A stretch of DNA of 56,852 nucleotides from positions 1-56,852 of the forward strand of contig DF237529.1 in assembly GCA_000708835.1 (NCBI GenBank), written 5' to 3'. The notes under the pieces are model-generated. The model was not told where the DNA came from and did not search any database. It saw only the letters and a program-made list of their open reading frames with translations. Source of the DNA: Klebsormidium nitens. Lineage: Eukaryota; Plantae; Klebsormidiophyceae. Of the stretch, positions 1-11,388 are shown in pieces; positions within the stretch are counted from its first letter, which is position 1; each line of letters opens with the position of its first letter. The position numbers and the translations under genes were made by a program.

Positions 1-1680
1 GAGTTTGGCGCGTGCAGCCAGAAGTCGGTGCGCAGTCGTGCCGTTACACAAGGTCATCAGCTTTGTCACCGCTGACAAGACACCATACTCAATCGTTTCG
101 GTTGATTTTGGCAGACGCTTATAAGAAAGACGTTCTAGATTCAAACAACTTCGCAACCAATCAGCCACCTCCAACTCCTCGCCCTTGGAATCATAAACCT
201 CCAAAGTCAGGTCCTTCAAAGCCGGCCAAGCTTCCCGACTACGCTGGACCTGCCTCATGACCCAAACCTGCAAGCTTAGCTTCTCCAGGTGCATTCGAGC
301 AGGTGCTAAGCAAGAAATCACGTTAGCAAACGTGAACTCGGGCTTGGCAGACCCGAAAGTGAGAGAAACCAGGCTGTGCGCATTGCTTGCGATGAATCCC
401 AAGGAGTCAATTGTCATGCCTTGGTAGGACAGGAGCTGCAAGTGGCGCAAATTCTTGTTCATTGTGACCAGCTCCTGAAGCTCCGTGCCTGGTGTGCTTT
501 CCTTTGAAAATCTTAGTGCTACATCTGTAAGGCTGCTTATACGGCCCAATCTGGACAGATTCTCCACATCGCCAGGAAGAACCCCAGACCAGTCAAGATG
601 AAGCTTCGTCAAGCGACTCGAGATAGCGTGATTTAACCTCAGACCAAGCTGCAAGGGCAACGGTCCCTCCAAGGAAAGGGCACTCAGCTGGAAGTTGCAA
701 AAGGCATAGAATGGTGCTTCTCCATCTTGACCGAGCCACTTCATTTTGTCCAGCGCAACATCTGGCGCTATATCTCCCGAGATACGAAAGCTTGTCAAGT
801 GCGGGTAATTAGTGAGCAGGTGCCTCATGCCCTCGCTTGTCAAGTGATCAGTCTTCTCGGAGTAGTGGCGGTCTAACAAGTAGTTAATCAACTCCAGTGA
901 TGCTAGATTTGGAAATGCCTTTTCCAAAACTGAGAGCGCTGTGTCTGTCGCAAAGAAGCAATCTCTCAGCACCTTCAAATGTGGATATTGCACGGTCACT
1001 TCACCCCGAGTGAATCTTAGAAGGAACCCAACAAAAGGTTCCCTTATGTGCTTTGAAGATGGCCTTCCAGTCAGTGACAGCTCCTCCAGGCAGGTCAGCC
1101 TGTCCAGCACGTCCTCCAAGCGTACGATGAAACACGGGTCTTCAGTGCCCTTCTGACATTCTTTGATCTCCAGCCGCCGTTCAACTGTGGCCAAGCGGCA
1201 AGAACAAAGCGCACCATGACCAGCTCCCGGGGCATCGTAAGGGACACAACGCTGGGCAGACCCTTCCGAAATGCTTTTGCAACTGTCTTCAGGTATTCCC
1301 AGGGCTTGTGAGTGTTTGAGGGGTACAGCAGGCTCATTTTGAACTTGGACAGGTCCAGTCGTGTAACATTCTTGAACCCAGCAATTTTCAGCTTTTCGAG
1401 AAACTCTGGGCTTGCATGGACAGATTGGCGCATGCGCAGCTTTTCCCTTGTACTGCGCTCGAGTTTCCAAAAAGCTTTGCATGTCAGCGCGACATCATTG
1501 CGCTCAAAGACTCTTGCTGATGGAGCCAATAATCTCGTACAAAACCCCTTCTGGCAACGCGGAGATGCTGACCTCTGCCAAGTCCTGTGGCTGGATTGGC
1601 GTCCACCCTTCTGGCAAGACTTCCATCCGGCGACACTCAGGTTCTCGCAAGCCGCCTCCATTGCGACCTCTCTGACTCAT
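1..1680 (-). pseudogene. F-box/LRR protein, MAX2/D3-like, with two compensating frameshifts (pseudogene or assembly errors); runs off the left edge
   Basis: ATG at 1680. ISALPEGVLYEIIGSISK is followed by TGA (1506-1504). After a +1 shift near 1512 it continues VFERNDVALTCKAFWKLERSTREKLRMR..FKNVTRLDLS..AWPQL. A second shift at about 1180 restores the original frame, which is open to base 1 with LRR-type units (LEELSLTG, FPNLASLEL, YPHLTSFRIS, LRHLQL, LKDLTL). Confidence 0.75.
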
Positions 1681-2197
1681 CTGCAGTTCTTCCTCTTCTT
1701 CTTCGACTCTGACTCTTGACTCTGAGTCACAAATTTCAGAGTGGACGCAGGCGTCTGGAGACAACCGGGCCTCGACATTTCCGACCTTGAGTCAAGTGTG
1801 AAAACTCCTTGTGTTCGGGTCCGAATGACGCCGTCAGGACCATCGCCCCCATTTTGCCCGCGCTTTCTGGCGTTTCTCGCAGCGGTCAAGCAACCGCAGT
1901 TCGCGGGGATGCAGTTCACAGTTGCGATGTTCAAAAGGATGGAAGCTTCCTTTCTTGTGATGTCACTTGTCAACGAGACCCTCCCCAGACAGAATCAGAT
2001 TAGGTATGGCTAGAGCCTAGAGCGCCTACAGTAGCTGATTCCTTTCACCATTTTGGCCCTGACCTTGAGCTGTTTGAGCGAGCTACCTTACTTTAGTAGG
2101 TTGTACAGATTGAAAAGGGGGCAACAGGAAGTTTGGAGGAGCAATCAACGAGTGCCAGTGGCTCATTCCCCCAGCTGTCCAGACGGTGAGAGGCGCA

Positions 2198-5100
2198 ATG
2201 GCGCAGCCTTCAAAAACACTCCAGCCCAATCCTGAAAAGGAGCTGAAGGAGGAAAAGACTATCTTCGATTTCTTTGGGAGGAAGGAGCCTGCACATGTAG
2301 GGGCCGGTGTAGGCATGGGCCTGCGGTCAATTGCGAAGGGAGTGTTTGCCGGGGCTGCGGGGCTTGTAATGCAGCCAATGGTGGGACTGGAAAAGGGGGG
2401 GGTCCTGGGCTTCTCGAAGGGTAAGTTCCTACATAGGAAAGCTATGCGCTTTTGGAATGATGATGATGGCAGAGAATTAAGAACGGATGAGTCCAGCTCT
2501 ATTCTTGAGGTTGCTGTTGAGCTCAGAAGCACTTGATTTCGCCGAGCGTGTGTAGTTGGCTGGTATGAGCTTGATCTGATCAGCTAAGGGCAATGCGAGA
2601 TTAGGTCTCAACTACCAATGCCATTGTTCCGTGGACTGCTCTGTGTGAAGAGCAGTCTTCCCAATCGTTGACGATTTGAGAACTGCTCATGTTGCAATAG
2701 GCGGAAATACATAAGGTGATGTATAAAGTCGTCTTTGTCTTATAATTGCTTGAGGAGCATTAAGGCAGCTGGCCCTTCAATCTCATTGCAGGGGTTGCAC
2801 GAGGCCTTGCTGGCGTCGTGATCCTACCGGTTGCGGGGGTGGGTTATGGGGTGATGCAGATTGGGCAGGGGATCATGAACACCCCAGAGTCTGTAAGTGC
2901 CAAAACTTCTAGAGCCTGGGCAAATCTATAGGTTCCAGCCTGATATGGAGGGTCTGAAAGTTCTTAATCATTGCTGCTGAACAGTGTGGCATTGCTTGAT
3001 GCCAGTTTACATTAGCGGCATGGATTTGCCTTGGTTGATGTCTTGGCAATCTAGTTACAACAAGATACACACACGATGAAGGATATAAGTCCAAGGGCAG
3101 CCGAATTGAGCAGTGTGAGACGCGATAGTAAGTAGCAGGACCATTGGAACTGGCCAAAGACACATGATCAGAAGCACCACTATTTGACAAATGCAAATGC
3201 AGTGACGTAGTTGTTCTGTCTGAACAGAGTTGATAGACGAAAACCGATCGATGTTCATCTGGCTTGACTAATTGATAAGACGCCACCACAAGGCTAGCAA
3301 TCCCCAAGCGGAAATCGACGAAGATATTGTCGAAGTAGATGGTTGTTCTTACCTGTGCTTTGAGTTCTAATCAGTCGCCAGGAAATGTAGCCAAATGCGA
3401 AACGACAGCCAGTCAATGCAATACTTCTTTCATGTTGCGAGCAGACAATCTTAAACTTGAGATTCCTGCCCCCTTGGTTGTTTTTTGACAATGGGGTTCC
3501 CTCCCTATGCATTTTTCCTCGCATAGCGTCTGTACTAGTTCCTGAGGCATACTTTCTTGAAAGAGCCGCGGCTGGCATCCACTCTTAGCGGGTTCGAATC
3601 AATGACTGCAATGCTTCAATTTAGAAACATGCACACGTTAGTCAGATAGAGAGTGTCTGGCCGTCATCCCCATACTTGCATAAGTTGCTCGAGCGCGTGA
3701 AAGAGGTCGAGAAGGTGGCGGCTGGTGTCGATCTGAGCGAGTTCGAGACGAAGTAGGCAACTTTTTCAGAGATGAACCAGCGTTTCAGAAGCCGAACAGA
3801 TGAATTATATGAAAGCTTGGTTTTAGTTTCCACAGGTGCGGAAGTTGCTCGGGCGCGATAAGGAGGCCGAGAAGGAGGCTGCTTGTGACGATCTGACCCA
3901 ATTCGAGATGCAGGACGCCACTGTTTCAAAGATGAATCAGCGCACCCTAAGCCGAACAGATTCATCATCAGCAAGCCAGATTCTAATGTCCACAGGTGCG
4001 AAGTTGCTCGATCGCGTCAGGAAGGTCGGGCACTGCTTTAAAGAAGAAACAGTGTACCCTAAGCCGGATAGATGCAGTGCGTGAAAGCCTGATTCTGTTC
4101 CCGACAGGTGCGTACATTGCCGAGCGTGATAAGAGGGTCGAGAAGGCGGGGTCGCCCGCGTCGATCTGACGCCGTCGGAGACAAAGGAGGCCATTGTTTA
4201 GACGACAATCAGTGTACCCCAGGCCGGATTACGATACTTGAAGATTGATGTCGATTCCTACAGGTGCGTAAGTTGCTCGAGCGGGACGAGGAGGTCGAGA
4301 AGGCGGCGGCGGGCGTCGATCTGACGGAGTCGGAGACGAAGGAGGCCATCGTGCTGGACGAGAACCTGTACACGGATGCGCGCAAGAAGGTGATGGAGAG
4401 CGCGCTCCTTCATGCGCAGGACAAGACTGGTGAGCCTAGCTGATTCGTGGTCGGCGGTTCAAGGGTCTCGTTGATAAGCGTTGGAAGTGCTTGGTTTACG
4501 TTGGTCTCAGAACGCTTGGTTTATTCTGGTCTCAGAGTTCTGGTTCTAAAGCGACAAAAGTTCAAGGGGCACAGATAGCCCGTTCCAATCAGGCTTGGTT
4601 TTATCAGGTCTGACCATTCAGCAGATTGGGCATTCAAAAGACTTATGGAAGGTGCACGTGGACTTAGCTCGGGTTTTCAAAGCGAGAACGCAAAACTCTA
4701 CTTGGATTCTCCAGCGAGAGACTTCTCTAGGGTCTGATGCGATCTTGTGATTAGCAGCACTCGACTGCAAAACTTTCGAAGGTCCAAAGTAAATAATAAC
4801 ATTTTTCCGAAGAGCATTTCTGATTTCTTTGGTACGCTGGTCAACATCGGTTCCTCAATATTGTAAGATATAGAAAAATGATGCGTCCTTAGGAAGCCAT
4901 TCCGGTAGCACAATTTGCGGTACTTTGCTGCTCTCTTGTTGGCAGGTTCCAATCACCTAGCAGCTCACTACCGTTGCGCATGCGTTCTTCACAGGAAGCG
5001 GCAGAAGGGGCAGCGGCAGCCTTAAATCAGTGTCGTCCGGAAAGTCGGACTCGTCGGACAAGGACGACAAGAAGCCGGACAGGGAAGAGAGCCCGGCATT

Positions 5101-8100
5101 GGGGCGCGTCAAGGAGACGGAACTGTACGACATTCTGGGGGTGGACTCGACGGCCAACCCGATCGAGATCAAGAAGGCATATTACAAGGTAAGGCAAACG
5201 GTTTTTGGAATGATGGTAGCAGGATGAAGTCGTGAGCTTTTGATGGGACGAAAGTCGAATTACCAAACGTGAGAGCAAGCATCTACAGTGGCCGGCTTTT
5301 ACGTTCTTCTCTTTGGCAATGGTCGTTGTTTGCTTTCGTGGCCGACTCAAGCGTTGATCAGGCGGAAACTCAACTTAAGTATGGCGAGAGCGCAAAAGTA
5401 CATAGATAAGTTGCAGAACATTTGAGGAAGCAGGGTTGAGAAGTTTGGGCGAGTAGAATCCGTGGAACGAGGGTCCTGCAGAAGATACCTATCAACGTAG
5501 GTTAAGAACCAATTCAAGTTGCAGTTTAAACAAGGAAACACTACCCACAATATCCCTCACGTCCGGGGTCCTTGCAGTCTGCTGCAAACGTCGGCTTTCT
5601 ATATAGCAGGCGCGCGAGAGCACTGCGGCAAGCACCCCAGCAGTTCGACGGCCAATTTCACCCAAACTTGACAGAACCTTCTCACGTACGGCACCCGGAT
5701 CGAGGCATTCAAACCTATCCTGACGACATCACTTTCATGATTATGCACGTAAGTTCCATAGCTGGCGGGAAGAGCCATCCAGACAAGCACCCCAGCGATG
5801 CGCTGGAGAGGCCCTTTTGGTATCCCCGCAACCAGCGGCCCAAGGGCAAACGATAGAATATGCTCGTGAAAACATCGCTAGATCGACGACATCGCTTACA
5901 TAGTGATGTCCCGAAATGTTGCAGCTTGCATACGAGATCTACCTTGACAAGCACTGGCCACCTCACCGTCAAGGTGACGCAAGAATTCTCACAACCCAGG
6001 AAATTCGATCTGCTCGTGAAGTTGTCATTGCAATGATGACGTCACTCGACGATGACGCACTTTACGGTGCAGCTGGCGCGCGCGAGCTGCCCCGACAACC
6101 GCCGGGGCGACTGATTGGCTTGGAAAGCGAGGAATCGCCGAGGCCAAAATAGGGTCGATGAGTTTATCCAAATGCTTGCATCATTCATTGCTGCAGCTGG
6201 CGCGCGAGAGCCACCCCGACAAGCACCCGGGCGACGTGTTCCGTGCTTATCTCCGCACCTGGAGGCCCACTAACGAATTTGAACCGCTCTTATAACATGA
6301 TTAGATAGGTAGACAACGTCGCTCAATCAATGACGTCACCCTATTTTGCCAGCTGGCGCGCGAGAGCCACCCCGACAAGCACCCCGGCGATGCGGTCGCC
6401 AAGGACCGGTTCCAGGCGGTGGGAGAAGCGTACCAGGTGCTGATCGACCCCGAGCGGCGTGAGAAGTACGACCGGCACGGGAAGGCGTCCCTCGACGAGG
6501 CGTTCATGGACCCGGGGTCGTTCTTCACCATGGCCTTCGGCGCCGACCAGTTCAAGCACCTCGTAAGATTTCCAAAGGTTTTCTGATCTGTTCGAGTCTG
6601 CCATTTTTATGCAGTAGAGGCAGATTGACCTGAGCGGCGCAAAGAGTACGACCAGCATGGGGACGAGGCATCCATGGACCCCAGATCCTTCTTCACCATG
6701 GCCTTCGACGCTGACCAATTCGAGCACCTTGTGAGATACTTGGACTTCTATGTTTTTGTGTTGAGGAGTTCTATTGTTTTCTGGGCTTTACAAGTACTTG
6801 ACCTGGAGCGGTGCAGAAGTACGACCGGCATTGCAAGGGCTCCCTTGACGAGGCAGTCATAGATCCCGGGTCTTTTTTTACCTTGGTTCTCGAAGACGAC
6901 CAAATCAAGCGCTTGGTGAGTCGGTCAGACCGTTCCTAAAGCTCACAGGGTGTCGGGGTCAAAAGTCAGATGCTAATTTTCGTAGCGCCGCAGATTAGGA
7001 CCACCACGGAAAGGCTGCCTTGGACGAGGCGTTCATGGAGTTGGGTTTGTTCGTTACCATGGCTTGTGGGGCGGTTGAGATAGTTAAGGAAAGAAGCGTG
7101 GTTTGGTATCGTTGGTTTGTAACGAATCTCGTCACTGGTTTGCAGGTCGGCGAGCTGACGGTCGCTTTTACAGCAGCCCGCGAGGTGTCTGTGCCGGAGC
7201 TGCAAGAATTCCAGCGGAGACGGGAGGAGGACCTTGCGACCGCGCTCAAGCAAAGGTGATGGTCAGCCCTTGAAACCTTCCTCTTTCGGCGCAGCTCGGA
7301 GCTGTGGATTGAGTAATGCACTTGAACGAAGGGGCTTGTGGGTGTGCTCTAATGTTACCTGGCTTGTTCTGTAGTTCTGGCTCAAGTGATACCGTCAAAC
7401 TCAATTGTGACCCTTCGAGTATGCTGACTGGATTTTGCAAATCTCCGCCCCATTCAAAGAAGGCCAAGAGACTTGGACAGATCCGATATTATTTACGAAA
7501 TCGGGGTTGTTTGGGATTGCCGACTGAGATTCGACAGCACCAAGATATGTGTTTCAAGGTTTTTCCAACTTGAGTTGGAGAAACCCAGCCACAGGCCAAC
7601 GGATATCCCAGAAGTGAATGTACTCAATGCGTGTAACCAATACCCTGGGTTCAGCTTGTTTGACGTTTCTCAGTCAAAGTACACGGACTCTGTGAATACT
7701 TTCGCCGACTTGTCTGTGCAGAGGAGATTTGTGATCTGGGTAAGAAAGAGCTTTGCAGGTGGAAACGGGAGCTTACTTGGTGGTCGAGGAGGGGGAAGAC
7801 CGGTCTTGCGCTGCGCTGTCGCTGTACTCGCTGAACAGAAGAAATAGCGCAGAGCTGACGCTCCCGTTACATTTTCGTTGCGCAGGCTGGAGACGTGGGT
7901 GGAGGGCCGCAAGGAGGCGTTTCTGGAGGAGTCCCTCGCGGAGGTGGAGCAACTCAGGGACCACGCGTTCGGGCAAGCCATGCTGCACAGCATAGGGTAT
8001 GCGCTCATCACTACAGCGCCTTGGTCTGCCCATAGCGTTTGGGTCCGCATTAGATGCTTCTCATTGGGACTGGCAGCTCAGGGACCATGCGTTCGGGCAG

Positions 8101-11100
8101 GCCATGCTGCACTGCATAGGGTGGGCACTTATCACCATAGCATCTTGGTTTGTCCATGGCAATTTGGTCCGCATTGAATGCTTCTCACTGGGAGCAGCTC
8201 AGGGATCAAGCGTTCGGGCAGGCCATGCTGCACAGCATAGGGTGGGAAGCGCTCTTATCTGTCCATTCATTTTATGCTTCTCCTTTAAAAACGTTGACGG
8301 TTAAGAATCTTGACGAACGGTGGTCCGGGTCCATTGTTTCAGCGTCGGGGGGACAATGACGTAATTGCGGACAAGGACAGGAGTACTCCTCCGTCTCGGC
8401 AGGCCATGCTGCATAGGGGGGTACCTGCCATAGCCGCTTGGTTCATATGAAGTGCGTCTCATTGTGGAATATCCTCGTGCCAGCAAAGGCTGCGGTGGGA
8501 CAAAAAGGGGCTTTGCCGTTCATTCCATTGGACGGGCGCTGCTGTATAGCATAGGCCGGCACTGCTCTCATCTGTCCACTGGCTTTTTAGGTACACGTAC
8601 GAGAAGAAGGCACACGTCCTCCTTAGGCTGCCTAAAGTCTTCTTGAGCCTCGTAAAAAGCTAACTCAAACCTTGACCTTGAATCTGTTAACTCAATCGCT
8701 TTTCTCCTTTACGAGAAGAAGGCGGACGTCCTCCTGGGGCTGCATAATGTCATCCTAAACCCCTTGGAAGTCTAATCCAAACCTTGACCTTGAACCTGTT
8801 AACCGGAAATGGTATTTTTTCAGTCCAGGTACACGAACGAGAAGAAGGTGGACGTCCTCTTGGGGCTGCATAGTGGTTTTTCAAGCCCCTTGGAAGTCTA
8901 ACCCAAATCTTGACCTTGAATTGTTAACCGAAAATGCTTATATACATCCACGTACACGTACGAGGAGAAGGCGGACGTCCTCCTCGGGCTGCACCACACG
9001 GCGCTCGGCATCCGGAGNNNNNNNNNNNNNNNNNNNNNNNNNNNNNNNNNNNNNNNNNNNNNNNNNNNNNNNNNNNNNNNNNNNNNNNNNNNNNNNNNNN
9101 NNNNNNNNNNNNNNNNNNNNNNNNNNNNNNNNNNNNNNNNNNNNNNNNNNNNNNNNNNNNNNNNNNNNNNNNNNNNNNNNNNNNNNNNNNNNNNNNNNNN
9201 NNNNNNNNNNNNNNNNNNNNNNNNNNNNNNNNNNNNNNNNNNNNNNNNNNNNNNNNNNNNNNNNNNNNNNNNNNNNNNNNNNNNNNNNNNNNNNNNNNNN
9301 NNNNNNNNNNNNNNNNNNNNNNNNNNNNNNNNNNNNNNNNNNNNNNNNNNNNNNNNNNNNNNNNNNNNNNNNNNNNNNNNNNNNNNNNNNNNNNNNNNNN
9401 NNNNNNNNNNNNNNNNNNNNNNNNNNNNNNNNNNNNNNNNNNNNNNNNNNNNNNNNNNNNNNNNNNNNNNNNNNNNNNNNNNNNNNNNNNNNNNNNNNNN
9501 NNNNNNNNNNNNNNNNNNNNNNNNNNNNNNNNNNNNNNNNNNNNNNNNNNNNNNNNNNNNNNNNNNNNNNNNNNNNNNNNNNNNNNNNNNNNNNNNNNNN
9601 NNNNNNNNNNNNNNNNNNNNNNNNNNNNNNNNNNNNNNNNNNNNNNNNNNNNNNNNNNNNNNNNNNNNNNNNNNNNNNNNNNNNNNNNNNNNNNNNNNNN
9701 NNNNNNNGAGCCCATCATAGCTTTGAATCGTGTTCCCAAAGCTCTCCCTTAACCCGTTTTTTTGATGCAAACCTCCTTTTTCCAGGTACACGTACGAGAA
9801 GAAGGCGGACGTCCTCCTGGGGCTGCACCACACGGCGCTCGGGATCCCGGGGCACATTGCGGTCCTACGTCAGCACGGTCACGTGTTTGCGACCAAGTAC
9901 AAGGCAGCGAGCGCGGCTCTCAAGTAAGCTCTACACGGAAGAAGAAAGCATGTTCTTGACAACTTCTTTTTACTCGGAAACGAGGAAGGTTCATCGCAGC
10001 GGGCGTTGCGTTTCTTCACATGAGAAGTACTCTTTCAAAGCTGGGGGGGGGTAGTGACACGGATTGGTAAGGGGCTAGCGCGGCCGTGTAGATAAAGGGT
10101 GCGCAACTTCCCGTGGACAATTCCTGGAAGGAAAGCTTGCTCGAGCAGCGGTACGGAAAGCTCGCTCAATCATCGTCACGGAAGCTTGTACAATGGATAT
10201 TGAGAAAGCTGGAAAAGCGGCCACTGCGGCCTTCAGCCCGGAAGGGACGAAACTTTCTGTCCGAATTCAGTGGTGCTCGTTGAAGAAGAGTTTGAAGGTT
10301 TTCGTCTGGATTGGCCGCTGATGCTGAGGTAGAAATGAATGAGGACTAGACGTTGACACGGAAGGCGTATCTTCATATGCAAAGTGATGTGGCCCACATG
10401 GTCAGGCTTGAGATTCAAGATCTTGAGTGTCAAAAACCTGTACCCCTAACGTCCGTTTCTATGGATAATAACTGCGCGACTGGCTGGATACAACGGAGCA
10501 ATCTGCAGGCACCTCTTTTCGGGGGCCTTGACTTCCGCTGATCAGAACGGTGAACATTCTGCCACTTGCAAACGGGTTCATAAAAAGCCTCAACCCGCTT
10601 GAACCGGAGGGGACACGACTATTTTAAGCGATTAGTAGTCTGCTCGAGGCTGAATGCGTGGTGAACGTTGGCAAAAGCTTTCCAGAGCGGAACAGAAGGG
10701 AGCGAGAGACCGGACATAGGCGCAGGAACGGCTCGCTCAGTCTGCTCAATTCGCACCCCTTCCGCACAGGATGCAAGACCTGAAGAAGAAGATTGACAAG
10801 GAGTCCCCCGAGGAGCAAGCCCGGTTGTCGGCAGAGTCCCTTCCCGTGTTCTTGGACAGCATCTGGCTGGTGAGCGTCTGATCTTCTATCTTCGAGACGC
10901 CAATGTTTCTTTGGAACTAGCAAGTGGTCTTGGTAGTTTCCGTGTTACGTTCGCAGAATATATGCAAAATTGGTGTCTTTGAAGGCTGAGGGCGCCCGAC
11001 GTTGAGCAAGACCTCCGTTCTAGAAATACTGGCGATCTGTTGGGGGTGCGCCGCCAAGCTTAACGATCCCTGTCGATCGTGTCAAGACTGAAAGCCGTCA

Positions 11101-11388
11101 TAACTTTCGGCAAGGTTTTACGGAGATGCAGCTTGTCTGCTCCGGCACCCTTTCTACAAAGACGATGAGACACGTCATTATCCTCGCCCCTGGTTTGTTT
11201 GAAACTCTGATTTATCAGTCTTTCTGGTTCTAAGAAACACCGTATTGCAGGTGAGCGTGCTCGACATCGAGAGCACGCTGCGGCACGTGGTGACGAAAGT
11301 GGTGGTCGACGAGAGCGTTCCGAAGGAGGTCCGCCGGGAACGGGCCAAGGGTCTCATTAAGCTGGGCAGGGTTTTCCAAGAAGCATGA
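2198..11388 (+). CDS. DnaJ (J-domain) + DnaJ-X domain chaperone (ATJ10/Caj1-type) with a Gly-rich N-terminal extension, about 496 aa, 10 exons
   Basis: Exons 2198-2420, 2792-2892, 4264-4429, 4995-5188, 6353-6562, 7146-7255, 7886-7996, 9786-9923, 10770-10869, 11251-11388; all GT-AG with consistent phases. J-domain YDILGV..IKKAYYKLARESHPDK..FQAVGEAYQVL.DP..R..YD..G with the HPD motif. X-domain motifs FGQAMLHSIGYTY and VLDIESTLR.V. Confidence 0.93.
3675..4263 (+). repeat. Degenerate tandem copies (about 112-160 bp) of acceptor + 5' part of DnaJ exon 3
   Basis: Units restart with cag|GTGCG at 3836, 3996 and 4108, ahead of the true exon at 4264. An older copy starts near 3675. Each contains a variant of aagttgctcgagcg..gaggtcgagaagg..gtcgatctga. 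Confidence 0.9.
5600..6352 (+). repeat. Five degenerate copies of acceptor + 5' end of DnaJ exon 5 (LARESHPDKHP)
   Basis: ag|c..gcgcg..gag..cc..gacaagcacc units start at 5607, 5762, 5925, 6073 and 6197; the true exon starts at 6353. Spacing 124-163 bp. Confidence 0.9.
6563..7100 (+). repeat. Three degenerate copies of the 3' end + donor of DnaJ exon 5
   Basis: Copies of gacgaggcgttcatggacccggggtcgttcttcaccatggcc..caagcacctc|gt end at 6730 (gtgaga), 6915 (gtgagt) and about 7098. Confidence 0.9.
7997..8560 (+). repeat. Degenerate copies of the 3' end + donor of DnaJ exon 7 (RDHAFGQAMLHSIG)
   Basis: gccatgctgca..gcatagg| variants end at 8120, 8241, 8417 and 8555; the true exon ends at 7996. 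Confidence 0.88.
8580..9785 (+). repeat. About 120-bp tandem copies of acceptor + 5' end of DnaJ exon 8, interrupted by an assembly gap
   Basis: gtacacgtacgagaagaaggcggacgtcctc..gggctgca variants at 8591, about 8710, 8829 and 8952; true exon at 9786. The intronic part ccttgaccttgaa..tgttaac also repeats. Confidence 0.9.
9018..9707. other. Assembly gap (690 N)
   Basis: Run of N inside the exon-8 echo array. Confidence 1.

Noticed and set aside
1-1680. TIR1/AFB or COI1 hormone receptor call
   Set aside because: The F-box is similar, but the LKGKPR-type motif recalled for TIR1/COI1 is absent. LERSTR, LDLS and WP motifs fit MAX2 better.
7560-7860. Possible very old acceptor echoes of DnaJ exon 7
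   Set aside because: Similarity is too weak to support by eye.
3675-9785. CRISPR-like array
   Set aside because: Units are copies of host exon edges with no unique spacers. The context is eukaryotic and no cas genes are present.
3675-9785. Dscam-style mutually exclusive exon clusters
   Set aside because: Copies cover only one end of an exon and carry indels or stops, so they cannot replace the exon in frame.
8873-10054. Long ORFs of 271-393 aa in the ORF track
   Set aside because: Artefacts of translating the 690-N gap.
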